From Vulcanimicrobiota bacterium (GTDB taxonomy: Bacteria; Vulcanimicrobiota; Vulcanimicrobiia; Vulcanimicrobiales; Vulcanimicrobiaceae): 64,000 nucleotides of DNA. Below the pieces are notes generated by a model, which did no database searches, had not been told where the DNA came from, and saw nothing but the letters and a program-made list of their open reading frames with translations. The stretch lies in NCBI GenBank assembly GCA_963833095.1, contig CAWHWQ010000001.1:736001-800000 (forward strand). Direction: 5' to 3'. Both the position numbers and the translations under genes were made by a program. Shown here piece after piece: positions 27,304 through 36,928 of this stretch. How positions within the stretch are numbered: position 1 is the first letter of the stretch; the number at the start of each line of letters is the position of its first letter.

Positions 27304-27734
27304 TGTTCGGCTTGGACTTTCAGTGCGCGTAGCATCATCTCGCTATTCTCGAGTACCTTCTTCTGCAATGTCGGACCGATCAATTCTGCCAGCGTCGGTA
27401 CCCCGAAATCATACTCTACGGTGAGCAGCACGTGCGTCAAGCCATCGCGCTCCTCGAAGGTCCAAGCCCCCTCGAACGTGTCGAGATCGCCCTCGAGCAG
27501 CGCGTAGTCGATGCGCAGCGCAGCGTCGTCGAAACGATCCTCCTCGGTCCATTCGATCGGCGCCTCCTCAACCAGCGTCTTCCAGCGCGAGATCACCCGG
27601 TCCGGATGGCGCTCGAGCACCCGGACGGTCTCGACGTCGGGCATGAACTCGGGAAAGCGCTCTTGGTCTTTGGCAAGCTCGTAGACGACGCGGGCTGGAG
27701 CGGCGACCGCGATGCGGGATTCGACGTAGGGCAT
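27300..27734 (-). CDS. SRPBCC/START-fold lipid-binding protein (Coq10/polyketide cyclase-like)
   Basis: VYELAKDQERFPEFMPDV, EGDLDTFEGAWTF. Confidence 0.85.
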   Translation of the reverse strand: MPYVESRIAVAAPARVVYELAKDQERFPEFMPDVETVRVLERHPDRVISRWKTLVEEAPIEWTEEDRFDDAALRIDYALLEGDLDTFEGAWTFEERDGLTHVLLTVEYDFGVPTLAELIGPTLQKKVLENSEMMLRALKVQAEQ

Positions 27735-27736
27735 TT

Positions 27737-28996
27737 TTACAAGCGCCCGAGCTTCTCGGCCGCCGCCGCCACCCCTGCGCTCAACGCTGATAGCGCGATA
27801 TCGACCTCGCCCTCGGTGACGATCAGCGGCGGCTCGAGGCGAATCACACGCTGCTGGTTGAGCGTCCAGGCCGCGGTGACCCCGGCTTTGAGCATCTCGG
27901 GGATGATCCAACCACCATAGCCTTCGTTCGTGAGTTCGACACCGGCGAGCAAACCGAGTCCGCGCGCTTCGCGGATCACCTGTGGGTACTCAAGGGCAAT
28001 TGCTTTGCAGCCGTCGAGCAGTTGTTCGCCGCGCGCCCGCGCCTTGCTCACCAGATCGTCGTCGATTAACACGTCCATAGCGGCGAGCGCAGCGGCGCAG
28101 GCGATCTCGCTTCCACCAAACGTGGAAGTGTGAATCAACGGCTGCTTTGCGTACGCTCGACTCCAGGCGTCGGGCCGAGCGATGAACGCGCCGACCGGAA
28201 TGATGCCGCCGGAGAGCCCCTTCGCGAGCGTCATCACGTCGGGCACGACGTTGTCACGTTCGCAGGCAAAGAGATAGCCGCAGCGCCCAAGCCCTGTCTG
28301 GACTTCGTCAGCGATGAAGAGCGCGCCCGAACGGTCGCACGCCTCGCGCACCGCGCGCAAGTATCCCGCGGGCGGAACGTTGACCCCGCCTTCACCTTGC
28401 ACCGGCTCGACCACAAACGCCGCCGCATCGCGCAGCGCTTCATCGAGTACACGTGCCTCGCCGAAAGGCACGTGGGCGACATCGGCGAGTAACGGACGAA
28501 ACGGCGTTTGAAAGGCCTCGCGGCCGCTGATCGAGAGCGCGCCGAGGGTCTTGCCGTGATAGGCGTCGTGCGTTGCGACAATTTTCGCGCGTCCGGTGGC
28601 GGCGCGCGCGAGTTTGATCGCCCCCTCGAGCGCCTCGGTCCCGCTGTTGCACCAAAATGAATACTGCAGGTCACCCGGCGCAAGTTCGGCCAAGCGCTTT
28701 GCCGCGCGTCCGAGCGCGACGTTGAACATCGTCTTGCCCGAAAGCGACATGCGCTCCATCTGCTCGCGCACCGCCGCGATCACGCGCGGGTGCGAGTGCC
28801 CGAGCGTGAAGACACCGTAGCCACCGGCGAAGTCGAGATACGCCTTGCCGTTCTGATCCCAGATCGTGGTGCCGCAAGCGCGCACTTCCAGCGGCGAACC
28901 GGAGAGCTTCATCACGCGCGCCAGCGGCGGATTGATGAAGTTCTTATAGTTCTCGAACGCCTCGGAGGCCAGATCGTTCTCGGTCTCCGCCTTCAT
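27737..28996 (-). CDS. Class III PLP aminotransferase (putrescine/omega-transaminase-like)
   Basis: NSGTEA, YHGKTLGALS, EPVQGEGG, DEVQTGLGR, TLAKGLSGG, HTSTFGG. Confidence 0.93.
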   Translation of the reverse strand: MKAETENDLASEAFENYKNFINPPLARVMKLSGSPLEVRACGTTIWDQNGKAYLDFAGGYGVFTLGHSHPRVIAAVREQMERMSLSGKTMFNVALGRAAKRLAELAPGDLQYSFWCNSGTEALEGAIKLARAATGRAKIVATHDAYHGKTLGALSISGREAFQTPFRPLLADVAHVPFGEARVLDEALRDAAAFVVEPVQGEGGVNVPPAGYLRAVREACDRSGALFIADEVQTGLGRCGYLFACERDNVVPDVMTLAKGLSGGIIPVGAFIARPDAWSRAYAKQPLIHTSTFGGSEIACAAALAAMDVLIDDDLVSKARARGEQLLDGCKAIALEYPQVIREARGLGLLAGVELTNEGYGGWIIPEMLKAGVTAAWTLNQQRVIRLEPPLIVTEGEVDIALSALSAGVAAAAEKLGRL

Positions 28997-29694
28997 GCGA
29001 CCGGTGCCCCTACGGCAATGCCCAGGGGCGAATAGCCCAGCGACTCCGCGATCTCGTCGCCGTACAGCGACGCAAAAACGATCGGCGCGGCGCGCGAATC
29101 CAAATACGGTTCAACCTTCACGCGATAGGTTGCATCGGTATACGGACTCTCCACGCCGGCAAAAGCTTGCGCGCGAATCTCGCGATCGAGGATCTCGCGA
29201 AGCGTGCGCACTTTGCCATTGCGGCGCTCGTCAATCGTCCGATACAGCGATGCGAGGGTTTCCGCGCGGAGGAGTCCGACGGTCGGCTCTTCGCTGCTCC
29301 AGAGCATCACGACGACCCAGCCGCGCGCAACCTGATGCTTACTCTCGTAGCGATGCGAAAACTGCGTGAACGCGCGATTTGTCCAGCCGCCAAGCGCGTC
29401 GTCGGCAACGATAACGATCAGGCGCAACGCATCGTCAATGCCGTCCAAGCGCGACGCGCCCTCTCGCGCCGCTTCGAGCGCAACTGTTTCCGCGTCGAGC
29501 GCAAGCAGCTTCTCCACCTGTTCGAGTACATGCGGTTTGGCCATCGGGTTAACGTTCGAGATCGGCAATTCCATCTCGCCGGTCTGCGAGCGCAGAATAT
29601 CGAGGTACTCTTTGAAGCGCGCGAAGCCGCGCGGCTGTGTGTAGAGATCGCGCAGTTGCGCTAGAAACGGAACAGGCTCGACGGCGATCGCCAC
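28993..29694 (-). CDS. Hypothetical protein
   Basis: Coupled on both sides; NPMAK, DDALGGWTNR and LYGDE.A.SLGY.PLG look like conserved motifs. Confidence 0.7.
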   Translation of the reverse strand: MAIAVEPVPFLAQLRDLYTQPRGFARFKEYLDILRSQTGEMELPISNVNPMAKPHVLEQVEKLLALDAETVALEAAREGASRLDGIDDALRLIVIVADDALGGWTNRAFTQFSHRYESKHQVARGWVVVMLWSSEEPTVGLLRAETLASLYRTIDERRNGKVRTLREILDREIRAQAFAGVESPYTDATYRVKVEPYLDSRAAPIVFASLYGDEIAESLGYSPLGIAVGAPVA

Positions 29695-29695
29695 G

Positions 29696-30703
29696 TCACG
29701 CCGCGACCATTGGCGAGGACTGCACGCGCGCGATCGTCTCTTCAATCGTAGCTATCGCTTCCTCAGCAAAATCGATGCGCATGATCCGCTCGCGAAGGAT
29801 TGCTGCACCCGGAATCCCTTTGAGATAGAGAGCCACGTGCTTACGCATCTGCGGGACCGCGCGCGACTCTCCCAATTCGTCGACCATCGCGCGGTAGTGC
29901 GTAATGCAATAACGCAACCTATCGGCGGCCGACGGTACGGAGCGCATCTCGCGTCCTTCCATCAGATCGGCGATCTGCGCGATCAACCACGGATTTCCGA
30001 GCGTACCACGACCCAGCATGATCGCATCGACGCCGCTGTCGCGCATGCGCTCCATCGCCGCGCGTGGATCGTCCAGATCGCCGTTGCCGATGACCGGAAT
30101 GTCGATCGCTTCTTTCAAGCGCGCGATGTGCTCCCAATCCGCGCTGCCTTTATAAAACTGGCGCGCGGTGCGCGCATGCAGGGTGACGGCTTGCACGCCG
30201 ACCGCCTGCGCCCGCTTGGCGACGTCAATGTACACGAGGTCGGTCTCGCTCCACCCCAGACGCATCTTCATGGTCACCGGACAATCGACCGCATCGACGA
30301 CCGCCTTCATGATCGCCTCGCAACGATCGAGGTCGCGCAAGCATGCCGAACCGCCGTTGGTCTTGGTGACTTTGGGCGCCGGACAGCCGAAGTTGATGTC
30401 GACGATGTCGGCGCCGCACTCACGCACGACTTTAGCCGCTGCGGCCATCGTCGCCGGATCGTCACCCCAGAGCTGCGTTGAAACGGGCTTCTCGAGGCCG
30501 TGCTGATCGATCATCTCCATCGTGCGCTTGTTTGTGTATTTCAGCGCGTTCGACGAGACGAACTCGGTAACGGTCAGGCCAAGGCCAAAGGGTTTATAGA
30601 GCGCTCGCATCGTCCGGTTGGTAACGCCGGACATGGGTGCGAGCACGAGCGGAGGCCAGATCTGGAGGCTGCCGATTTGCAGCGGAGGCACGGTCGGGGG
30701 CAT
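29696..30703 (-). CDS. dusB: tRNA-dihydrouridine synthase DusB
   Basis: LAPMSGVT, DINFGCPAPKV, HARTARQ.Y.G.ADW, GNGD, RKH. Confidence 0.93.
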   Translation of the reverse strand: MPPTVPPLQIGSLQIWPPLVLAPMSGVTNRTMRALYKPFGLGLTVTEFVSSNALKYTNKRTMEMIDQHGLEKPVSTQLWGDDPATMAAAAKVVRECGADIVDINFGCPAPKVTKTNGGSACLRDLDRCEAIMKAVVDAVDCPVTMKMRLGWSETDLVYIDVAKRAQAVGVQAVTLHARTARQFYKGSADWEHIARLKEAIDIPVIGNGDLDDPRAAMERMRDSGVDAIMLGRGTLGNPWLIAQIADLMEGREMRSVPSAADRLRYCITHYRAMVDELGESRAVPQMRKHVALYLKGIPGAAILRERIMRIDFAEEAIATIEETIARVQSSPMVAA

Positions 30704-30711
30704 GGCGCCCG

Positions 30712-31476
30712 TTAGTATAGCGCAAATGCGCGCAAACCGTACAGGCTCAGATGTGGGTCTACGGATTCGATCACGGCGGTGTGCTTGGCCATGACGCCGG
30801 CGAGACCGCCGGTGGCAACGACGCGCGCCTGCACGCCCATCTCCGACCGCACGCGCCCAACCAACGCCTCGGTCTGACCGACGAATCCAAAGATGATGCC
30901 CGCCTGCAACGCTTCGATCGTATTGCGCCCGATCGCATGCTCGGGAGCGTCCAGCGCAATCTGGGGCAGCTTTGCGGCCCGCCCGATCAATGCGTCGATC
31001 GAAATATTGATGCCGGGTGCGATGGCAACGCCCAAGTACTCGCCCTGCGGCGAAAGCGCCATGAACACGGTCGCGGTGCCGTAACTCACGAGAATCAAGG
31101 GCACGCCGTAGCGCTCTTTCCCGCCGATCGCGCAGGCAACGAGATCAGCCCCCACCTCCGCCGGCCGATCGGTCTTGATGGTAATCAGCGCTTGCTGCTG
31201 CGCCTCGAGCACCATCGGCGTGACGCTAAAGAACTTTTGGCAGACCTCGATGAGCGTGTGATCGAGGCGCGGCACGACACTTGCGATAGCAACGGCGTCG
31301 ATCTCGCGCGAACGAAGGCCCGCTGTCGCAAAGAGCTGCGTAAAGAAGACGCCGTACTCGTCGGCAGTCCGACGTGATTCGGTGGTCACGCGCCAGTGAT
31401 GCAGCAGCTCGTTTGCATCATTCGCGAACACGCCGAGTTTGGTCTCGGTGTTGCCGACATCGATTGCGAGCAGCAT
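30712..31476 (-). CDS. coaX: Type III pantothenate kinase
   Basis: AIDVGNT, ASVVP, VGAD, GTAT, VATGG. Confidence 0.94.
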   Translation of the reverse strand: MLLAIDVGNTETKLGVFANDANELLHHWRVTTESRRTADEYGVFFTQLFATAGLRSREIDAVAIASVVPRLDHTLIEVCQKFFSVTPMVLEAQQQALITIKTDRPAEVGADLVACAIGGKERYGVPLILVSYGTATVFMALSPQGEYLGVAIAPGINISIDALIGRAAKLPQIALDAPEHAIGRNTIEALQAGIIFGFVGQTEALVGRVRSEMGVQARVVATGGLAGVMAKHTAVIESVDPHLSLYGLRAFALY

Positions 31477-32651
31477 CAGCGCAGCGCCTCGATGGCGTCG
31501 AGGAGGCGTGCCGCGAGCTCGGCCTTACTTGCGGTACCGAGGTCCTTGCGGCCGTCCTTCCACAGCAGTGTCAGGGTGTTCTCGCCCGCGCCGAAGCCGC
31601 GCTCGCCGCGCACATCGTTGACGACGATCGCATCGAGCGCTTTGCGTTCCAACTTCTCGCGTGCGTGCGCTTCGTGGTCGTCCGTCTCGGCGGCGAAACC
31701 AACCACAAAGGCTTCGTCGTTGCGCTGCGCGAGCGCGGCGATTACGTCGGGGTTGCGTACCATCTGCACGGCCAAATCCTCGTCCGTTTTCTTTAGTTTA
31801 GATTCCGAGTGCTGGGCGGGACGCCAGTCGGCAACGGCTGCACTCGCGATCACCAGATCGACACGCAGGCCGTGCGCCAGCGCCAGGTCCAGGAGATCCT
31901 GCGCGCTCGTGAAGCGATAGGTGGTAACGCCCGGCGGCGGTTCGAGCAGCGTTGGTCCAAGCAACAGCGTCACGTCGGCGCCGCGCAGGGCGGCCTCGCG
32001 CGCAATGGCGATGCCGGTCGAACCGGTCGACGCGTTGCTCACGAAGCGGATCGGATCGAAGGCCTCGCGCGTAGGACCCGCCGTCACCAGCACGCTGACG
32101 CCGGCCAGGCGCTGCGTACGCGCGAGGACGCGCTCGAGTACCTCGAGCAGAGCCTCCTCACTCGCCAATCGCCCCACGCCGCTCTCGCGCTCGGCGAGAA
32201 ATCCGCGCTCGGGATCGACGATCTCGCAGCCGCGCTCGCGCAGCGTGCGCAGATTCGCTTGCGTTGCCGGATGATCGTACATCGCCGAATTCATCGCGGG
32301 CGCGATTACCAACGGAATGCGCGCGGCGAGCGCCGCCGCCGTCACCAAATCGTCGGCAATGCCTTGCGCGAGTTTCGCGATGCAATTCGCGGTTGCGGGC
32401 GCAATGAGCATGACTTGCGCCTCGCGCACCAATCGAATGTGGGGAATGCGCTCGGGCGCGTCCCACAACGACGTGTAGACCGGTCGCGCGGTCAAGGACG
32501 AAAAGGTCAAAGCGCCGACGAAGCGCTCAGCCTCTGCCGTCATGATGACGTCGACCGTTGCCCCACGCTGCACGAGCGTGCTGGTAAGCGCCGCAATTTT
32601 GTACGCCGCGATTCCGCCACACACGCCGAGCAAAATGCGCGCGTTCATCAT
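31476..32651 (-). CDS. coaBC: Phosphopantothenoylcysteine decarboxylase/ligase
   Basis: GGIAAYK, APATAN, APAMN, TAGPTRE.FDPIRF, AAVAD, GFAAET. Confidence 0.96.
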   Translation of the reverse strand: MMNARILLGVCGGIAAYKIAALTSTLVQRGATVDVIMTAEAERFVGALTFSSLTARPVYTSLWDAPERIPHIRLVREAQVMLIAPATANCIAKLAQGIADDLVTAAALAARIPLVIAPAMNSAMYDHPATQANLRTLRERGCEIVDPERGFLAERESGVGRLASEEALLEVLERVLARTQRLAGVSVLVTAGPTREAFDPIRFVSNASTGSTGIAIAREAALRGADVTLLLGPTLLEPPPGVTTYRFTSAQDLLDLALAHGLRVDLVIASAAVADWRPAQHSESKLKKTDEDLAVQMVRNPDVIAALAQRNDEAFVVGFAAETDDHEAHAREKLERKALDAIVVNDVRGERGFGAGENTLTLLWKDGRKDLGTASKAELAARLLDAIEALR

Positions 32652-33472
32652 TCGATCCAAAGGTTGTCGAGCAAGCGCGTCGTGCCGAATCGTGCAGCCC
32701 CGATCACAAACGCGGGCGGTGAGAGCGTGTCGATCGGCGTGAACGAGTTGGCATCGACCACGTCGAGATAGTCGAGCTGCGCGAGCGGATGCAAGCGCGT
32801 TCGTCCCGCGGAGATGGCGTCGGCTTTGGAACGACCGCTGGCCATCGCGAGACGCACTGCTTGCAATGCGTGATGCAGCGACGGCGCCGCTTCGCGCTCG
32901 TCGGGCGAGAGGTAGGCATTGCGGCTCGACATCGCGAGGCCATCGGATTCGCGCTCCGTGGGCACGATCGTCACACTCGTCGGAATCTCCAGATCGCGAA
33001 TCATACGCCTCACGACGGCGGTCTGCTGCGCGTCCTTTTGGCCCAAATAGAGCACGTCGGGACGTACGACGTTGAGCAGCTTGCAGACGACCGTGGTCAC
33101 GCCGCGAAAGTGCCCCGGCCGGATTGCGCCCTCGAAGACGTCGGCGATGGGGCCGGCGTCGACCGAGGTAGAAAAATCGGGCGGGTACATGGCCGCCGAG
33201 CTCGGGGCGAAGAGCACGTCGACGCCGGCCTGGGCGAGCTTGGCGCGATCGCCGTCGGCGTCACGCGGATAGCGAGCGAGATCCTCCTCCGGCGCGAACT
33301 GCAGCGGATTGACGAAAACCGAGGCCGCCACCGCGACCGATTCGGCTCGTGCTCGACGAACCAGCGCGAGATGCCCCTCATGGAGCGCACCCATCGTCGG
33401 GACGAAGCCGAGCGGCCGGGGCAAGACGTCGAAAAGCGCATGTGCTTGCGAGATGGTCGAAGCGACTTGCAC
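32648..33472 (-). CDS. panC: Pantoate--beta-alanine ligase
   Basis: VPTMGALHEGH, RPGHFRGV, GQKDAQQ, AMSSRN, RLLDN. Confidence 0.96.
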   Translation of the reverse strand: MQVASTISQAHALFDVLPRPLGFVPTMGALHEGHLALVRRARAESVAVAASVFVNPLQFAPEEDLARYPRDADGDRAKLAQAGVDVLFAPSSAAMYPPDFSTSVDAGPIADVFEGAIRPGHFRGVTTVVCKLLNVVRPDVLYLGQKDAQQTAVVRRMIRDLEIPTSVTIVPTERESDGLAMSSRNAYLSPDEREAAPSLHHALQAVRLAMASGRSKADAISAGRTRLHPLAQLDYLDVVDANSFTPIDTLSPPAFVIGAARFGTTRLLDNLWIE

Positions 33473-33477
33473 GGTGG

Positions 33478-33771
33478 CTAGATACGCGTAACGCGGAGCA
33501 CCGTGCGACCGACCATGAAGGGAACCCCGATCTCGATTGCAGCGTCGCCGCTTACCAGCTCGCCGTTGACCTTGGTTCCGTTGCGGCTCTCGAGGTCGGT
33601 GAGATGCAAATTCTCCCCATCGATGCGAACGTGCGCGTGCTTGCGCGAGACGTAGCGATCGAGGGCTATACACGCCTGAGCCACCGAATCGTCGCGGCCG
33701 ATCGTGATTTCGCTTTCGAATGTCCAACTTTTTCCGTCGAGCGGTCCACTGAGGACCTCAAGCAGGTACAT
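33478..33771 (-). CDS. Stand-alone FHA-domain protein
   Basis: IGR, VSRKHA, DLESRNGTKVNG. Confidence 0.9.
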   Translation of the reverse strand: MYLLEVLSGPLDGKSWTFESEITIGRDDSVAQACIALDRYVSRKHAHVRIDGENLHLTDLESRNGTKVNGELVSGDAAIEIGVPFMVGRTVLRVTRI

Positions 33772-33876
33772 GGCGGCGAGCCCTTCTCTGGTGCAGCCGC
33801 CCGGCTCCTGGTCGCTGGGGGTGCCTGGTGTTAAGGGAGGCTAACAAAAAGCCCCGTCCGGACGATTACTCATAGG

Positions 33877-34098
33877 GTGACGATGAACGACCGGATCGAC
33901 GAGCTCCTCGAGCTCATAGAAGTGGAGCCGGATGCCCTACGAGAGGCAGAATTCCTGCAGGCGCAGGCGATTCTTGAGACTTTGGTGGGGAAATCCATCA
34001 CGGCCGCTGAGATCCAAGATACGCGTATCGTCATCACCACCAACGACGGCAATCGCTACTTTTTCTACGGTTTTTTGGGCGAGTCGCGAAACAGCTGA
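33877..34098 (+). CDS. Hypothetical small protein
   Basis: 73-aa ORF filling the intergenic space with a plausible globular composition. Confidence 0.55.
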   Translation: MTMNDRIDELLELIEVEPDALREAEFLQAQAILETLVGKSITAAEIQDTRIVITTNDGNRYFFYGFLGESRNS

Positions 34099-34110
34099 CC
34101 GAGCTGCCTC

Positions 34111-34467
34111 TCATTTTGCGGGTTGTTTTGACGTCACGAAAGCGGCGATCTTCTCATGATCGCCTGACGTGTATTGCGTAAACGCTACACCGTGCGCGTA
34201 ACGTTTGTTGGCGGCGTCGAAGAACGTTAGCGCAATCTTCGCCCGAACCAGCATCTCACGATCTACTTCCGGCAGTGTAAAGCGCAGCACGATCGGCTGC
34301 CCGGCTGGAAGGTCGGTGGTGGTCGTAATGCGCATGCCGCCGCGACTGATATCGACAGCGGCTCCGCTCAGCACCAATTCATGCCCGGGGACGATGATCG
34401 TGACCGGGAAGTCCACTACGGCGCGGAAGAACCGGCGCTCGTGCAAGTGATCCTCTTGAGTACTCAC
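34111..34467 (-). CDS. PilZ-domain protein
   Basis: ERRFFR (RxxxR), DISRGG, HGVAF. Confidence 0.88.
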   Translation of the reverse strand: MSTQEDHLHERRFFRAVVDFPVTIIVPGHELVLSGAAVDISRGGMRITTTTDLPAGQPIVLRFTLPEVDREMLVRAKIALTFFDAANKRYAHGVAFTQYTSGDHEKIAAFVTSKQPAK

Positions 34468-34503
34468 CGCTGACGGTTCTTCTCTGCTACGGCGGCGCGG
34501 CCT

Positions 34504-35751
34504 TCAGGCCATCACCGCTTGTGCGGCGAGCAATGCGCCAAGCATCGCGTGCTCAGCGACGATTCCGCCCTGGAGATATACCTCAAATGGCGCTCGCAGC
34601 GGCGCGTCACAGGAAAGCTCGATCGTCGCACCGCCGACGAAGGCGCCGCTCGACATCACCACGGGATCCACGTAGCCTGGTACCGGCCCCGGTTCCGGAC
34701 GAAAGCGCGCATTAAGCGGCATCGCGGTTTGTAAACCAGCGGTAAAGCGCAAGAGCCGCTGTTCATCGCCCAGACGAATCGCTTGCACGATGTCGGTGCG
34801 CACCGCTCCCGGCTGCGGATCGACCTCGAAACCGAGTTCCGCGAAAAGCGCAGCCGCGAAATCGAGACCGCGCAGCGTCTGCTCGACGACCGCCGGCGCA
34901 ATAAACAGCCCTTGCACGAACGCGCGTCCGAAACCAAACGTGGGCCCAAGTCCGCCGAGAAGGCCTGGAGCGTATAAGCGGGCGCTCACACGCTCGACGA
35001 GATCGGCTCGGCCGGCAACGTAGCCGCCGCCCGGCGCAAGCGAGCCGCCGAGATTCTTGATCAGCGATCCCAGCACGAGATCGGCACCATCGTGCGTGGG
35101 CTCGCGCTCTTCAACGAGTTCACCGTAGCAGTTGTCAACCAGCACCGCAACCTGCGGCGCGACGCGCTTTACCCGCTCCGTCACCTGCGCACAGGCCGCG
35201 ACGTCGAGCGACGGCCGCGGCGCGTAGCCGCGCGAGCGTTGCACGAAGACGACGCTCGCGTCGTCTTGCGCTGCTGCTGCGGCAATCGCGTCGAGATCCG
35301 GCATTCCGTCGCCGCGCAGGCCGATCTCTTGGTAGAGCACTCCCTGCGAAACAAGCGAGTAGTCGGCATCGCAAATGGCGTTGCGCAGCGTGTCGTAGGG
35401 ACGCCCTGCGGCCGCGATGAGACGGCCACCGGGTGGAACGCAAGCGGCAAGCGCGGTCACAATGGCGTGCGTTCCGCTCACGATCGAGAGGCGCGCCAGC
35501 GCGCGCTGTGCGCCAAGGATGCGCGCGAGGAGCGATTCGTAGCGTTCTCTCGCTGTATCGTCATAGCCATAGCCGCTCGAACCGGCAAGATCGCTGTCGT
35601 TGATGCCTTCATCGAAAAACGCGCGCAGCACGCGCGCTTTGACGCGCTCCTGGGCTGGATAGGTCAGCGCGCGGGTGCGCTCGTAGGCGCGCATTCCCGC
35701 CGCGCGAACGCGCTCGTCGATCGCAAACGTGTCACACAGCAATTCGATCAT
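34504..35751 (-). CDS. Methionine gamma-lyase-family / aluminium-resistance (YnbB-like) PLP enzyme
   Basis: SGYGYDD, SGTHA, QRSRGY, VDNCYGE, GSLIKN.GG, TIELSCDAP. Confidence 0.88.
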   Translation of the reverse strand: MIELLCDTFAIDERVRAAGMRAYERTRALTYPAQERVKARVLRAFFDEGINDSDLAGSSGYGYDDTARERYESLLARILGAQRALARLSIVSGTHAIVTALAACVPPGGRLIAAAGRPYDTLRNAICDADYSLVSQGVLYQEIGLRGDGMPDLDAIAAAAAQDDASVVFVQRSRGYAPRPSLDVAACAQVTERVKRVAPQVAVLVDNCYGELVEEREPTHDGADLVLGSLIKNLGGSLAPGGGYVAGRADLVERVSARLYAPGLLGGLGPTFGFGRAFVQGLFIAPAVVEQTLRGLDFAAALFAELGFEVDPQPGAVRTDIVQAIRLGDEQRLLRFTAGLQTAMPLNARFRPEPGPVPGYVDPVVMSSGAFVGGATIELSCDAPLRAPFEVYLQGGIVAEHAMLGALLAAQAVMA

Positions 35752-36928
35752 ATTGCGGCCTCGAATGCGCGTGGAGATGCCGTTCGTACGCGCGCACGAA
35801 GGGCAGATAGATTGCGGTCGCAAGCGCAACGTTAACCGCAACGAGTGCCGCGGCGCGAAGATCGAGCGTCGCAATATAGGTCGAGATCAGCGTGGGAATC
35901 GACGAGGGCACGTAGTAGATGGCGCGCCCTACCCAGCCCCAATCAACGGCAAGATAGGTCGTCGTCGCAAGCACGATAGGCGCCACGATAAAAGGCGGCA
36001 CCAAGAACGGATTGAGCACGACCGGCACCGCAAAGAGCAGCGGTTCATTCGCGTTAAAGATCGCCGGCACGATCGTTGCGCGCCCCACGGTGCGTAACCG
36101 CGGGACGCGCGAGAGCGCGAGCAGCGCCGCGAGCGGCAGCGTCGAACCCGCGCCGCCCGGGAAGATAAAAAGGAAGAGCGAGACGACGACGATGTGCGGC
36201 AAGGCAGTGTGATGCGCGAACGCGAGCGTGTTCTGCGCTTGCAACGTGAGATAGACCGGCGTTACCACGGCAGCGAGCAACGCCGGTCCGTGCATTCCGA
36301 TCGTCCAAAGCAGCGTCTGCACGACGACGATGACGATCAGCGCGACGTAGGTATCGCCGAGTTGTCCCAGCGGCTGGATCAGCGCCGTAAACGCGGCGGC
36401 GACCGAGACGTGCAGCGCGCGCAGTGCGAGCGCAAGAGCGACCGTGATGCCCGCACCGGCCCATGCGTTTCGCGTCACGCGCGCGCCAATGGCGACCAGT
36501 CCGCACGCAGCCATCGCGATGAACAAACCGCTTGGGCCCACGCTACGCAGATAGGTCAGCAGCGAACCGGAATACGCGGGAAGCGCCAGCAGATAGCCCA
36601 CCGTCGAGCCGGCAATGGTGGCAATTGGATCGAGCTGCGCTCGACGGGCATAAAACCACCCCAGCGTCGGAGCCAAGACGAGGCCCATGATGCCAAACGC
36701 GGGGAGGAGGCCCGCCGACACGCGTAGCCCGAGCGAGGGGCCGATCAGCGGACCGGGGACGTGAACGAACGGGACGATCACGAGAAAGGCCACGAGCAGC
36801 CCCGCGAAGCTCCAGGGTAGGGCCTCGCGCGTCGCGGCTAAGAAAGGAAGCTCGGCGACGGCTTGGAGGGCCGCGAAGCGGTTAGAGGCGGCGGACGACG
36901 GCTTCGACGCGGCCGATGATCTCGACAT
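35732..36928 (-). CDS. PTS EIIC component, cellobiose/lactose family (stand-alone); start uncertain
   Basis: LWTIGMHG, GGAGSTL, PAIFNANEPLLF.VPVVLNP, IYLPFV. Confidence 0.85.
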   Translation of the reverse strand: MSRSSAASKPSSAASNRFAALQAVAELPFLAATREALPWSFAGLLVAFLVIVPFVHVPGPLIGPSLGLRVSAGLLPAFGIMGLVLAPTLGWFYARRAQLDPIATIAGSTVGYLLALPAYSGSLLTYLRSVGPSGLFIAMAACGLVAIGARVTRNAWAGAGITVALALALRALHVSVAAAFTALIQPLGQLGDTYVALIVIVVVQTLLWTIGMHGPALLAAVVTPVYLTLQAQNTLAFAHHTALPHIVVVSLFLFIFPGGAGSTLPLAALLALSRVPRLRTVGRATIVPAIFNANEPLLFAVPVVLNPFLVPPFIVAPIVLATTTYLAVDWGWVGRAIYYVPSSIPTLISTYIATLDLRAAALVAVNVALATAIYLPFVRAYERHLHAHSRPQYDRIAV

